Source: Desulfatibacillum aliphaticivorans DSM 15576 (GTDB lineage Bacteria; Desulfobacterota; Desulfobacteria; Desulfobacterales; Desulfatibacillaceae). From it: a DNA stretch of 32,000 bases. Location: assembly GCF_000429905.1 (NCBI RefSeq), contig NZ_AUCT01000030.1:16899-48898 (forward strand). Reading direction: 5' to 3'. The notes under the pieces are model-generated. The model did not search any database, was not told where the DNA came from, and saw nothing but the letters and a program-made list of their open reading frames with translations. Shown here piece after piece: positions 1 through 7,927 of this stretch (the first letter of the stretch is position 1; each line of letters opens with the position of its first letter). Made by a program: the position numbers and the translations under genes.

Positions 1-159
1 GGCGGTCTCGACCGGCCGGCCGTCCTGTTTACCGGACGCCTGGTCGGTCGCGGAGCCAAAAAAAAAGAACAATGGCGTTGTTCGTTTAAAAACAAACCAC
101 AGTATCTATTCAATGTCAATAAAAAATGTCCGGGCGATCAAATTTTATATTGACGGAGC

Positions 160-375
160 ACTGACGCCCATGTCCGGAGAGAGGGTTTTCATGAAGCATT
201 GCCTGAGCCGCCGGAACCTTTTTGGCTCCATGCCTTCCCTTGGCGGGCAACATTCTTCCTTGGATAAAAAAAACAGATGCAGCGTCACAACCCTCAGGGC
301 GCCATAATAACCTGGACGCCCCCCCCAACCAGGGCGGTCGGGAAAAGCGGACCGCCCCGGCAAGGATGATGAACT
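160..375 (+). repeat. Partial, degenerate copy (locus A) of the ~340-bp structured intergenic repeat family
   Basis: Aligns by eye with units at 5757-6395 and 13928-14981. Shared stretches are GGTTTTCATGAAGCATT-GCCTGAGCCGCCGGAACC, CGTCACAACC, CCATAATAACCTGGACGCCCCCCCCAACCAGGGCGG. The 27-nt H1 hairpin is deleted. The H2 position holds a different 8-bp hairpin (332-339 / 350-357). Confidence 0.6.
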
Positions 376-392
376 TACTAAGTGCGTGCAAC

Positions 393-3300
393 CTACGGCA
401 GCCAGGAATAGGCGCCGTAGGGGTATACATAATCGATGGTCAGGGCGTTTCCGTCGTAGGCTCTCAGGAATATCAACGCATAGAACCCTTCCTGGGTTCT
501 GACAAACTGAATCCGTTTCCCCGCGTCATTATGCACATTCCATGCGATGGTGTACGGAATGCACTCATCAAAAACTTCCTTGGAAACGCACATGGCCTCA
601 AAATCCTCTTGGGACAGCAAATAGTGGCATTCCATGCCGCCGCCGGAAACGAGGCCGAAGAGATTGCATTCCACAAAGGGGTTGTCATTCTGCACCAGAA
701 GGTCAGCCTGGCTGGCGGGATTTACTTCGCCTGTTGAAAAATCCAGGCTTTGGTCGTCAAGCAAAGCGACGGTTCGAATGGGCTCCGGCCTGTCCACGCC
801 CGCCTCGTGATTCATGACAATCAGGGCGTCGGCCAGCCCAAGGCTTCCGTCCCCGTCGCAGTCGCTAAGGGGACCGGGGGTGTATGCTTTGGACGTCCTG
901 GTTGCTATTTGCATGGCTGCGGCCGCATCAGACACGCCCACGGAGCCGTCGCCGTTAACGTCCCCCCATTGGCCGGCGACCAGGGTGATTTTCAAGGCGC
1001 CTGCGCCGTTATCCAGTGTATTCGTTCCGCCGGGCATGGAAAACAGGGCGTAGCCCGGCCCCGTGGTCCATGCGCCATGGGCGTCGGGGGCGCTTTTCAT
1101 AAATTCCGGATGATCGAGAGAGGATGTGCTGAAACACCTTCCGTCTTCCTCGGCGAAGTGAGCGCGTGCAATTTCATCAGTAAAGGCGTCCAGATAGAAG
1201 CGGGGCGCCTCCCCCCAGACAATGAGAATGGCGGTGTAGGCTTTGTCCACGGCCATGGTTTGGGTGGATTTTCCCTTGCCCAACAAGGTCCATCCGTCGC
1301 CCCACGGGACTGCGTCCACCCCGCCTTCCGTGCATTCAGCCGTGCTCCAGGTTGTGCTGCCGTACACCCGGTAGACCTCGCCGTCGGTCCAGATATCGTT
1401 TTCGTCCAACAGGTCGTCCAGATTAATGACAATGCCGGAAACCGTTCCGTCCTGGGTTACGATGGTCTGGCTCAGGGAGTCGCCTTGGATGTCCCCGATA
1501 TTTTTTACGCCGGTTCCGTCCGAATCGTAAATCGCATAAAGATACACGTCCTGGCCGACGGGCAGGCCTTCCAGGGTGTAAGCTCCGGCGCCGTCCACAT
1601 AGGCGCTGGCGAGAAGCGCGGCGGTGGAAAGGTCGTCGCCGGAATAGGCGTAAATGTATATCCTGCCTTCAGCGGATTTTCTTGCGCAATCGTCGCACGT
1701 AATTTCCCCTGTAATAACGCCGTTGGCATCCACGCGGACGTGCGTGTTGTTATCGTCCGAATAGATAGCCGCCCGCAGCGTGGAACCGCTGACGCCTCCG
1801 GAGATATTGTCCAAAACTGCCAGCGGCGCCCGGAATTCAATGAACGAGTCTCCGGCGGCGGCCTCATAAGGTCCGGTCCCGAGGTAACCGAAATACCGGG
1901 AGCAATAGGCGCGCCATGCAATCACTCCCGCGTCATTGTTACGGTCCGCATACAAGCAGGCGGAAACATTTGTGACCGGGTTGATGAAGGCAAGCCTGTA
2001 ATTGTACCCGATGGGACTTCCGTCATAGGTGGTCATGGCGGCGCACAAATTCCCGGCGCCGTCATAGGCAAGGTAGACGTCTTTCAGGTCCGTCCCGGCG
2101 GGGCTGTTTCCATCTCCCGAGGGGTCCGTAAAGACCAACGCGTCCTGGGTCCAATCGCCGGGGTCTCCGTCAATGACAATGGGCAGGGTTGGAATGGTGA
2201 AGTCTCCTCCCGGCTGGAGTTCCAGCAGATTGGTCAAGTCTTCATTGGTGAGCATGTCGCGCAGGATGCCGTTTAAAACCGGGTCTCCGCCAAAACTGCC
2301 TCCAATCAAATCATTGCTGGAATCCCATTTGGGAAGCGAATCCCGAATGTCGAGGGGATCCTTGCCCGTGTTTCCGAATAGCCTGTTCAGGTCAAAAGTC
2401 CGGGTTTCGGAGTCTTGGGAAACGCGGGTCCCCTGGATGACTCCCTGACAGGGCAGCCATTCGCCGCCGCCAAAGGTGTAGGTTCCGGTAAAACTGTCGG
2501 CGGCGACGCTTGTCGCTGCAATTTCCACATAGGGAATTGAGTCGCCGTTGGTCATGATGGGATCAGCGCCGTTCGGGTCAAAGTGATATACGTCGTCATG
2601 ATGCCAGTGGAGGAACATAAAGGGTCTTGTAAAGTTGCCTTCGGGGCTGATCCCTTTGCTCCAGGCAAGCATATACTCGGTCGTACAGGACTTGGTATCG
2701 ACGGCGACATGATATACAACTCCCGCCTCGGCCGTGAAGCTCACCACGGATTCTTCCCACCAGGGATTGTCGCTGGAGACGATTTCCGTCAGGCCGCCCA
2801 CATCTCCGCCCGTGTACACGGCCAAAACAGTCTCGCAATAGTTGTCATATAGGTTAAAAAAATAAACGCCGGCTTCGGGCGCGGTCCAGTTCCACCAGGC
2901 CGAGGCGTTCAGGGTTCCCGCTTGGGCCGGCTCACCCGCCTCGGAGGCAGCGTTGGCGTTATGGCCCCAGGCGGCGCCGGATGTTCCTGAGAGAGTCAGG
3001 GCATCTGCGAAATCGTCATTGGGTGGAGGGTCGTCCATGTCAGCGCCGAATTGACTGATATGGGAATCGCCGGATATCAATACTCCGTCCTGATCCCTTT
3101 CGACTTCCAGGCTAAGCTCCCAGCCCGGCCATTGCCGGGAGTCGGTCAGGGTCCACTTTTCCATGTTTTGGGTGTAGACGAATTCCGTGTTGTCGAGCAG
3201 CGAGTCTTTCAGGTCCTGAATGGCCTTGTCGCCCATTTCCAGCAAGCGTTTATCTTCGTCCGAGCCTATAAAAAGAAATTCGTCGGCCTGATCGTCAACC

Positions 3301-4181
3301 CCGCCTTCGTACTCCGCAAGAATAAAGGCGTGGGCTTCCTGGGCCGCGTTCAAGCCCGCCAGAAATGACGTCTTGGCCCGGGCGAGGATCGCTTCTCCAT
3401 CCGCCGAAACCGCGCCCGCGGGAAGCAACTCCCCAAAATTTTGACAGGCGTCCACCACGTCCCTTTGAAACTGAAAAATTCCGGCGTTGCTGAGGGCAAC
3501 CAAAGCCCGAATGTCCACATCCATATTGTAGGCGGAGGCGATCAGCAGCACGGACTTCATCAGGTTCAGCCCCGCCTTGAAGGCCAGGACGTCTCCATAG
3601 TCCATTTCGCAGCCCAGGCCCGTGGGATCGCCCAATTCATCAGGCGTTAACTCGACCACAAGAGAGGAGTCAATGGCATCCAAGTCCGCCAAGGAAGCGT
3701 CGATCGTTCCCACAAAGGCGTCATGGAGGAAAAGGCGAAGATCCTCCCCGCCTGGGGCGCCGCGGGGCAAAAACACGCCTTCCTCCGTTTCAACGCCGGG
3801 GGACAGGCTGTAGGGAATTTCACCCGCCTCATCCTCGCTGTTGCGATACAGGCCAAAGGCTTCGGCCAAATCATGCAGAGTTTCCAACCCGCTCCCGCTC
3901 CCCTGGTCCAGCAGGAACGACGCCAGCCTGGACCCGCTGAGAAACAGCCGGGCTTCCTGGTTTGTGGAGTCCGCGGCGACGGCAGCCTCGAACTTTTCGT
4001 GAGCCGCCAGAACTTTGGAATACTCCAGGTCTCCCTGATTGAAAAACAGCGCCCGCCCCTCTTCCGTTAAAGCCTGGGAATTCCCGGAAGCTTCGGCCCA
4101 TGCGCAAAAAGGATTCGCCAAAATGAGTAACATAATGAATAAATTGGCTATTGTGTTGCACAAAACTCGATTCTCAATCAT
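393..4181 (-). CDS. Large secreted multidomain protein (1262 aa) with dockerin/EF-hand-like Ca-binding repeats; function unknown
   Basis: Dominant ORF of the region with an ATG start at 4181. The N-terminus looks like a signal peptide (LFIMLLILANPFCAWAEA). Two dockerin-like repeats, GDVNGDGSVGVSD and DCDGDGSLGLAD, are encoded around 800-961. Other modules are NDDFADA..GEPAQAG..WWNWTAP..LAVYTG and a carboxypeptidase-regulatory-like stretch (YTLEGLPVGQDVYLYAIYDSDG). Confidence 0.8.
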   Translation of the reverse strand: MIENRVLCNTIANLFIMLLILANPFCAWAEASGNSQALTEEGRALFFNQGDLEYSKVLAAHEKFEAAVAADSTNQEARLFLSGSRLASFLLDQGSGSGLETLHDLAEAFGLYRNSEDEAGEIPYSLSPGVETEEGVFLPRGAPGGEDLRLFLHDAFVGTIDASLADLDAIDSSLVVELTPDELGDPTGLGCEMDYGDVLAFKAGLNLMKSVLLIASAYNMDVDIRALVALSNAGIFQFQRDVVDACQNFGELLPAGAVSADGEAILARAKTSFLAGLNAAQEAHAFILAEYEGGVDDQADEFLFIGSDEDKRLLEMGDKAIQDLKDSLLDNTEFVYTQNMEKWTLTDSRQWPGWELSLEVERDQDGVLISGDSHISQFGADMDDPPPNDDFADALTLSGTSGAAWGHNANAASEAGEPAQAGTLNASAWWNWTAPEAGVYFFNLYDNYCETVLAVYTGGDVGGLTEIVSSDNPWWEESVVSFTAEAGVVYHVAVDTKSCTTEYMLAWSKGISPEGNFTRPFMFLHWHHDDVYHFDPNGADPIMTNGDSIPYVEIAATSVAADSFTGTYTFGGGEWLPCQGVIQGTRVSQDSETRTFDLNRLFGNTGKDPLDIRDSLPKWDSSNDLIGGSFGGDPVLNGILRDMLTNEDLTNLLELQPGGDFTIPTLPIVIDGDPGDWTQDALVFTDPSGDGNSPAGTDLKDVYLAYDGAGNLCAAMTTYDGSPIGYNYRLAFINPVTNVSACLYADRNNDAGVIAWRAYCSRYFGYLGTGPYEAAAGDSFIEFRAPLAVLDNISGGVSGSTLRAAIYSDDNNTHVRVDANGVITGEITCDDCARKSAEGRIYIYAYSGDDLSTAALLASAYVDGAGAYTLEGLPVGQDVYLYAIYDSDGTGVKNIGDIQGDSLSQTIVTQDGTVSGIVINLDDLLDENDIWTDGEVYRVYGSTTWSTAECTEGGVDAVPWGDGWTLLGKGKSTQTMAVDKAYTAILIVWGEAPRFYLDAFTDEIARAHFAEEDGRCFSTSSLDHPEFMKSAPDAHGAWTTGPGYALFSMPGGTNTLDNGAGALKITLVAGQWGDVNGDGSVGVSDAAAAMQIATRTSKAYTPGPLSDCDGDGSLGLADALIVMNHEAGVDRPEPIRTVALLDDQSLDFSTGEVNPASQADLLVQNDNPFVECNLFGLVSGGGMECHYLLSQEDFEAMCVSKEVFDECIPYTIAWNVHNDAGKRIQFVRTQEGFYALIFLRAYDGNALTIDYVYPYGAYSWLP

Positions 4182-4236
4182 AATTTTTCCCGTTCCCTCT
4201 TTGCATTGAAAAGCCGTATGAATAATTAACGCCTGA

Positions 4237-4926
4237 TCATGATGAAAACCAATCGCCTTGGAGCAAAACGTCGGTTTTAAGGCAATCTCCGGAGCAGGCT
4301 CCCTGCGCGGTCCTGAGTTGGTAGGGCCCCGGAATGAAAAGCTCGCCCGTCTCCGGCGAAAACTCCGCTCTCTCGGCGGTCAGCCTTCTTCCTTCCGAGC
4401 GAACCACCACGCGCTTTGAAAAAGCCACAACCCGCCGGTCCATATCCAGAACGGCCGATCCGGCGGAGATGCCGGCCATGGGAATTTCGCCGGAATAAAA
4501 ATCCATGCGCAGGGGTTTGAATATTAAAGGGACAGCTTTTGCAGACCCGGTAAGCTCTTTGGATGGGTCCGTGGAAAACAGGCCTGAAAAGCAGGGCCGC
4601 CGCCCTGCTTGAACCTTGTCCTGATTGAAGCCGCCGAAAACCTTGATTCTGGCGTTCTCCAACCGGGCGATGCTCATCAGTCCAAAGCGCATAGGGCCAA
4701 TTTGTATCTTTTCCATAACAACCCTGTCCGCCGATATGGAAACGATGTGCTCGCCGGAAATGCCGGCTTCCATTGAGACGCCTTGCATTTGTTGCACAAT
4801 CGAAGGGTTGGAGGATTTTAAAGGGACGGGCGCCTCGTGTGAACTGGCGGCGAAAATCCCCCAGCACAAATACGCGCACAACATCGCAAGGCCTGCGCTC
4901 CATACTATTTTCGCTTTGGTGAACAA
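4237..4926 (-). CDS. Membrane-anchored hypothetical protein (229 aa), likely co-transcribed with the large secreted protein
   Basis: ORF on the same strand, 55 nt upstream of the 393-4181 gene. It has an N-terminal signal anchor (KAKIVWSAGLAMLCAYLCWGIFAASS). The start is a TTG with a weak RBS, so the start is uncertain. I recognised no diagnostic catalytic motif. Confidence 0.5.
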   Translation of the reverse strand: MFTKAKIVWSAGLAMLCAYLCWGIFAASSHEAPVPLKSSNPSIVQQMQGVSMEAGISGEHIVSISADRVVMEKIQIGPMRFGLMSIARLENARIKVFGGFNQDKVQAGRRPCFSGLFSTDPSKELTGSAKAVPLIFKPLRMDFYSGEIPMAGISAGSAVLDMDRRVVAFSKRVVVRSEGRRLTAERAEFSPETGELFIPGPYQLRTAQGACSGDCLKTDVLLQGDWFSS

Positions 4927-5215
4927 TGGCAGCAGCCGCCCAAAAATGTTATTTTTTACTGTTTAAATTGGTATTAGATTGTCTTTAACACAATATACGC
5001 CTCCGTGGCAAGGCCATTCAACATACTAATAAATCCATTTGAATTTAAATAGTTACAATAATATACATTCAAAAAATATTTTTACATAAAAAATTGGAAT
5101 TAATTGGGATTTGATTCAGGCTTCGCCGAATTTTACGGAAGGAATGTTGATTACCTTACGCCGCCAGGAGCGCCGGCGGTTTGAAAGTCGCCGGCGCTCC
5201 CGCAATCAAGGCATA

Positions 5216-5533
5216 CTAACGATGGCGCCCGTTATACTTTTTCCGGGCGATGTTTGCACTTGCCCGCTGCTGCATGTGATGCAAAATGGCCCGCTCTCTA
5301 TGGTCCAGGCGCCCGTCGCAAAGGAAAGCTCTTTTGGTTTGCCTGATCACCCTTTGCTGATGAGCCAACGCCCTGGTTTCACCGGGCGTCAACTGCCCGG
5401 ACTTCACTCCCTGGTGAATTCTGCCCATTTGTCTTGCCTGGACTTTTCCCACCGGACCGGCGCAAGCGTTTCCTGCGGCCAGCGCGATAGCGCATACCAT
5501 GGCCAGCCCCGTCATTTTCCATTTTCTCTGCAT
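5216..5533 (-). CDS. Small secreted basic protein (105 aa), function unknown
   Basis: ATG at 5533 is preceded by GAGAGGTG. The signal peptide is MTGLAMVCAIALAAGNACAGP. The mature part is rich in R/Q/H with an LTxxE.. helix-type repeat (SGQLTPGETRAL). Confidence 0.6.
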   Translation of the reverse strand: MQRKWKMTGLAMVCAIALAAGNACAGPVGKVQARQMGRIHQGVKSGQLTPGETRALAHQQRVIRQTKRAFLCDGRLDHRERAILHHMQQRASANIARKKYNGRHR

Positions 5534-5756
5534 GGTTCACCTCTCAGTATTTCAGTTTTGGAACGAAATCTCTGGGATTGAATGCACTCGATTTTTTTCA
5601 AAGGCCGCGGCCGCGCTTCCTGCCTTGCACAGCTAACCGGTTTTGACTGATATGACGAGGGGAAAGGAAAAAAAGTCGACAAAAAAGTTTTCAGAGAATG
5701 TGAGGCCATTTTCTTTGAATGAATAAGCAAATGCGGCTGCATAACCCTACTCCGCA

Positions 5757-6395
5757 CTATGGCGGTAAACTGCACTGCCTGAGCCGCCCGGAACCTTTTG
5801 GGCTGCATCCATCCTCTGTGGTGAACAACAACCTTTCTTGAGTCAAAAAATCAAACACAACTTCAAAGCCGTCATCATTGCATAACCTCCTGGGCGTCCC
5901 CCAACCAGGGTGGCCCAGGCAAGGCTTTTTTTGCCTGGGCGCGCAAGCGCAAAAGGCGCGACCTGGAAAGATAGTCGAAATCAGGCGTGGCAGGCGGGCG
6001 GATGGAAATTTTTGAAGCCCTGCCTTTCCCGGCATTGCCGGTTCAAGAAAAACTTTGGCTTCCATAAGCGTTTCCTCAAGCCTTCTGTGCTTCGCACTCA
6101 GGCAGTAAACTGCACTGCCTGAGCCACCCGGAACCTTTTGGGCTGCATCCATCCTCTGTGGTGAACAACAACCTTTCTTGGGTCAAAAAAATCAAATACA
6201 ACTTCAAAGCCGTCATCATTCCATAACAACCTGGGCGCCCCCCAACCAGGGCGCCCCCCAACCAGGGCGCCCCAGGAAACTCGTTTTCCTGGGCGCGCAT
6301 AGACGCCGTTTTGTGAAGCGGGGGGAGACCATTTCATCGAAGCGCAATAGGCGCGACCGGAGGGGATAATCAAGGTCTGAGTTGACCGGCGGGCG
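5757..6395 (+). repeat. Two head-to-tail units (B1 5757-6096, B2 6097-~6395) of the ~340-bp structured repeat family (locus B)
   Basis: H1 hairpins at 5757-5783 (degenerate) and 6097-6123 (perfect CTCAGGCAGT-N7-ACTGCCTGAG) give a period of 340 nt. H2 hairpins lie at 5914-5939 and 6271-6293. The region sits between two minus-strand genes and has no frame-conserved ORF. Confidence 0.85.
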
Positions 6396-6433
6396 AAGAG
6401 CGTTGTTTAAGGCCCTATTTTCAAACAAGAGTC

Positions 6434-7609
6434 TTAAACGACCTGTTTTCCTCGCACCATGACGCCAACGGGTTGCTGCAGGCTGGCGGGCAGGTCCTGG
6501 GGCGAGCCCTTGACCATAACCAGGGTTGCGGCCTTGCCGGGAGCGAGGGTTCCCAGATCTTTCAGCCCCAACAGGTCAGCGCCGTTACCGGCGGCCGCCT
6601 TGACGACTTCCTCCAGACTAAACCCCGCCTTCATAAACAAAGCCATCTCACGCCATAGGGATCTTCCGTGATGCACGCCGGTGCTGCCTGCATCCGTGCC
6701 CAGGGCCAGGGTGACGCCCAGTTCCCGGGCCTGGGAGATGAGCTCCATCTGGGCTTCCAGGTTTTTCAGGGCGCCGGCCTTTTTCGGGTCGTCGTCCGGG
6801 ATGGATTGGGCGTAGCCTTCCATGGTGACGGCCGTGGGGACCCACACGGTTCCATGTTCGGCCATGCGTTTCAGGTTGTCCCGGCCCATAAAAAAGCCAT
6901 GCTCCACGGACTGGCATCCGGCTTCCACGGCGATACGCACGGGCTCGTCCCCATTGGCGTGGATCATGATTGCCAGGCCCAGCTTCTTTGCCGCCTGCAC
7001 AGCCTGGGATAGTTCCTGCCGGGAAAACTGGGGCGGAGTTTGCTTGCCGAACTCGATCAGGCTGTTGAGTCCCGAGCCCACCACCTTGATGAAATCCGGG
7101 TTTTGGCCGTCTTCGGCGATGGCCCGGGCCAGGGTTTGGCCCTCTTTAGGGAAACGCCCCACCAGCTTGCCGTAGCGTTTGTCCGCCCTCCACGCCTTGC
7201 CCGCGCATTTGGCGATGACCGGAATGTCTGCATCCTCCCTGGCAAAACGAAGGGCGTGGCCGCCCCAATCGCCTCCGTCGCGAATGGAAGTCACGCCGCT
7301 TTTCAAAGATTCCTCAAGGTGTCTTTGGATGACCGGCGCGGATTTTTCGTAGGGAACGAAAAGCTGGGTTTCCCGGATTTCCATGTCCGTGGTTCCAGAC
7401 ATAACCAGATGCACGTGGGCGTCCGTCAGACCCGGCAGGATGGTGCAATCGGAATAGTCCAGGATGGAGGCGGATTGGGCTGTCTCAGGACCGGCGGGCG
7501 CCAGGCTTTTGATCACGCCGTTTTCAATGGTTAAAATAATATTTTCAGCGGCCGGAGCGCTTGTTCCATCGATTATCCAGCCGGCTTTTATTTTTAAAAA
7601 GGAGTTCAT
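6434..7609 (-). CDS. Metal-dependent amidohydrolase family protein
   Basis: ORF of about 391 aa. Motifs include GLTDAHVHL (the HxH metal site), IMIHANGDE and SVEHG, and LGTDAGS near the C-terminus, which together are typical of the amidohydrolase superfamily. The ORF track starts at a TTG (7624). I prefer ATG 7609, which is preceded by GGGAAGAA. Confidence 0.8.
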   Translation of the reverse strand: MNSFLKIKAGWIIDGTSAPAAENIILTIENGVIKSLAPAGPETAQSASILDYSDCTILPGLTDAHVHLVMSGTTDMEIRETQLFVPYEKSAPVIQRHLEESLKSGVTSIRDGGDWGGHALRFAREDADIPVIAKCAGKAWRADKRYGKLVGRFPKEGQTLARAIAEDGQNPDFIKVVGSGLNSLIEFGKQTPPQFSRQELSQAVQAAKKLGLAIMIHANGDEPVRIAVEAGCQSVEHGFFMGRDNLKRMAEHGTVWVPTAVTMEGYAQSIPDDDPKKAGALKNLEAQMELISQARELGVTLALGTDAGSTGVHHGRSLWREMALFMKAGFSLEEVVKAAAGNGADLLGLKDLGTLAPGKAATLVMVKGSPQDLPASLQQPVGVMVRGKQVV

Positions 7610-7927
7610 TGATTCTTCCCGCAAAATATAAAAGGATGTTCAGCCCCGGTCCTGGGACGGCTTTTGCCGCCCGGGCCATGAATTTATTTTTTTTCACGCC
7701 CCTGCCGATAAGTCAATATATGGACAAGTTGTGATTGTAAATCCATTGCTTCTTGTGATACTGTGCAGGTTAGCTTTTCAAACGCAACATGCTGTTTTCA
7801 ATCTCATATTCTTATCGCTGTTAAGCTGCAATTCCTATCCCATTCAATCGCAGTGGATTCTATCGGCCGCAAATGATTCCGGGTGGAGGACTGGCGCTGC
7901 TTTGCACATCAACGACAGGAGCAGTGT

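Noticed and set aside
750-2276. Long ORFs antisense to confident genes: 750-2276(+), 7844-8854(-), 10807-11514(-), 16381-17184(-), 21554-22804(+), 27376-28761(+), 29635-30231(+) and similar.
   Set aside because: Each lies entirely inside a longer opposite-strand ORF that carries clear family motifs. Their translations are Gly/Arg/Pro/Ala-rich and low in information, as expected for shadow ORFs in GC-rich DNA.
5757-6152. ORFs of 60-150 aa inside the repeat loci: 5757-6152(-), 5910-6122(+), 6098-6373(-), 13926-14300(+), 14543-14989(-) and others. Two alpha-type units share a basic peptide, ..LPGR.SAKGAT...FLKP.VLRTQAVNCTA.
   Set aside because: The peptide similarity simply mirrors the nucleotide identity. 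Other units have indels that are not multiples of three, so the frame is not preserved; the C2 frame, for example, ends differently within H1. There are no RBS or start codons at equivalent positions. I treat these as non-coding.
7892-7906. Sigma-54-like element TGGCGC-N4-TTGCA upstream of fdhA.
   Set aside because: The GG-to-GC spacing is 11 nt instead of the 12 required by the TGGCACG-N4-TTGC consensus. The -24 box is also imperfect. The spacing is not acceptable without experimental support.
7625-7927. Possible Moco/Tuco riboswitch or other leader RNA upstream of the formate dehydrogenase operon.
   Set aside because: The region is AT-rich with no extended GC-rich helices. It has none of the conserved Moco-motif stretches I can recall. 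It looks like a divergent promoter region shared with the amidohydrolase gene.
7883-7927. Upstream start codons offered by the ORF track: 7883 for fdhA, 15469 for modF-like, 19631 for the DUF362 gene, 18943 for the transglutaminase-like gene, and the TTG starts at 26973, 25478, 25171, 15122 and 7624.
   Set aside because: In each case a downstream ATG has a proper Shine-Dalgarno sequence at 6-9 nt. The downstream start removes overlap with the preceding gene, or begins exactly at the recognisable signal peptide or domain. The extensions are non-conserved-looking basic tails.
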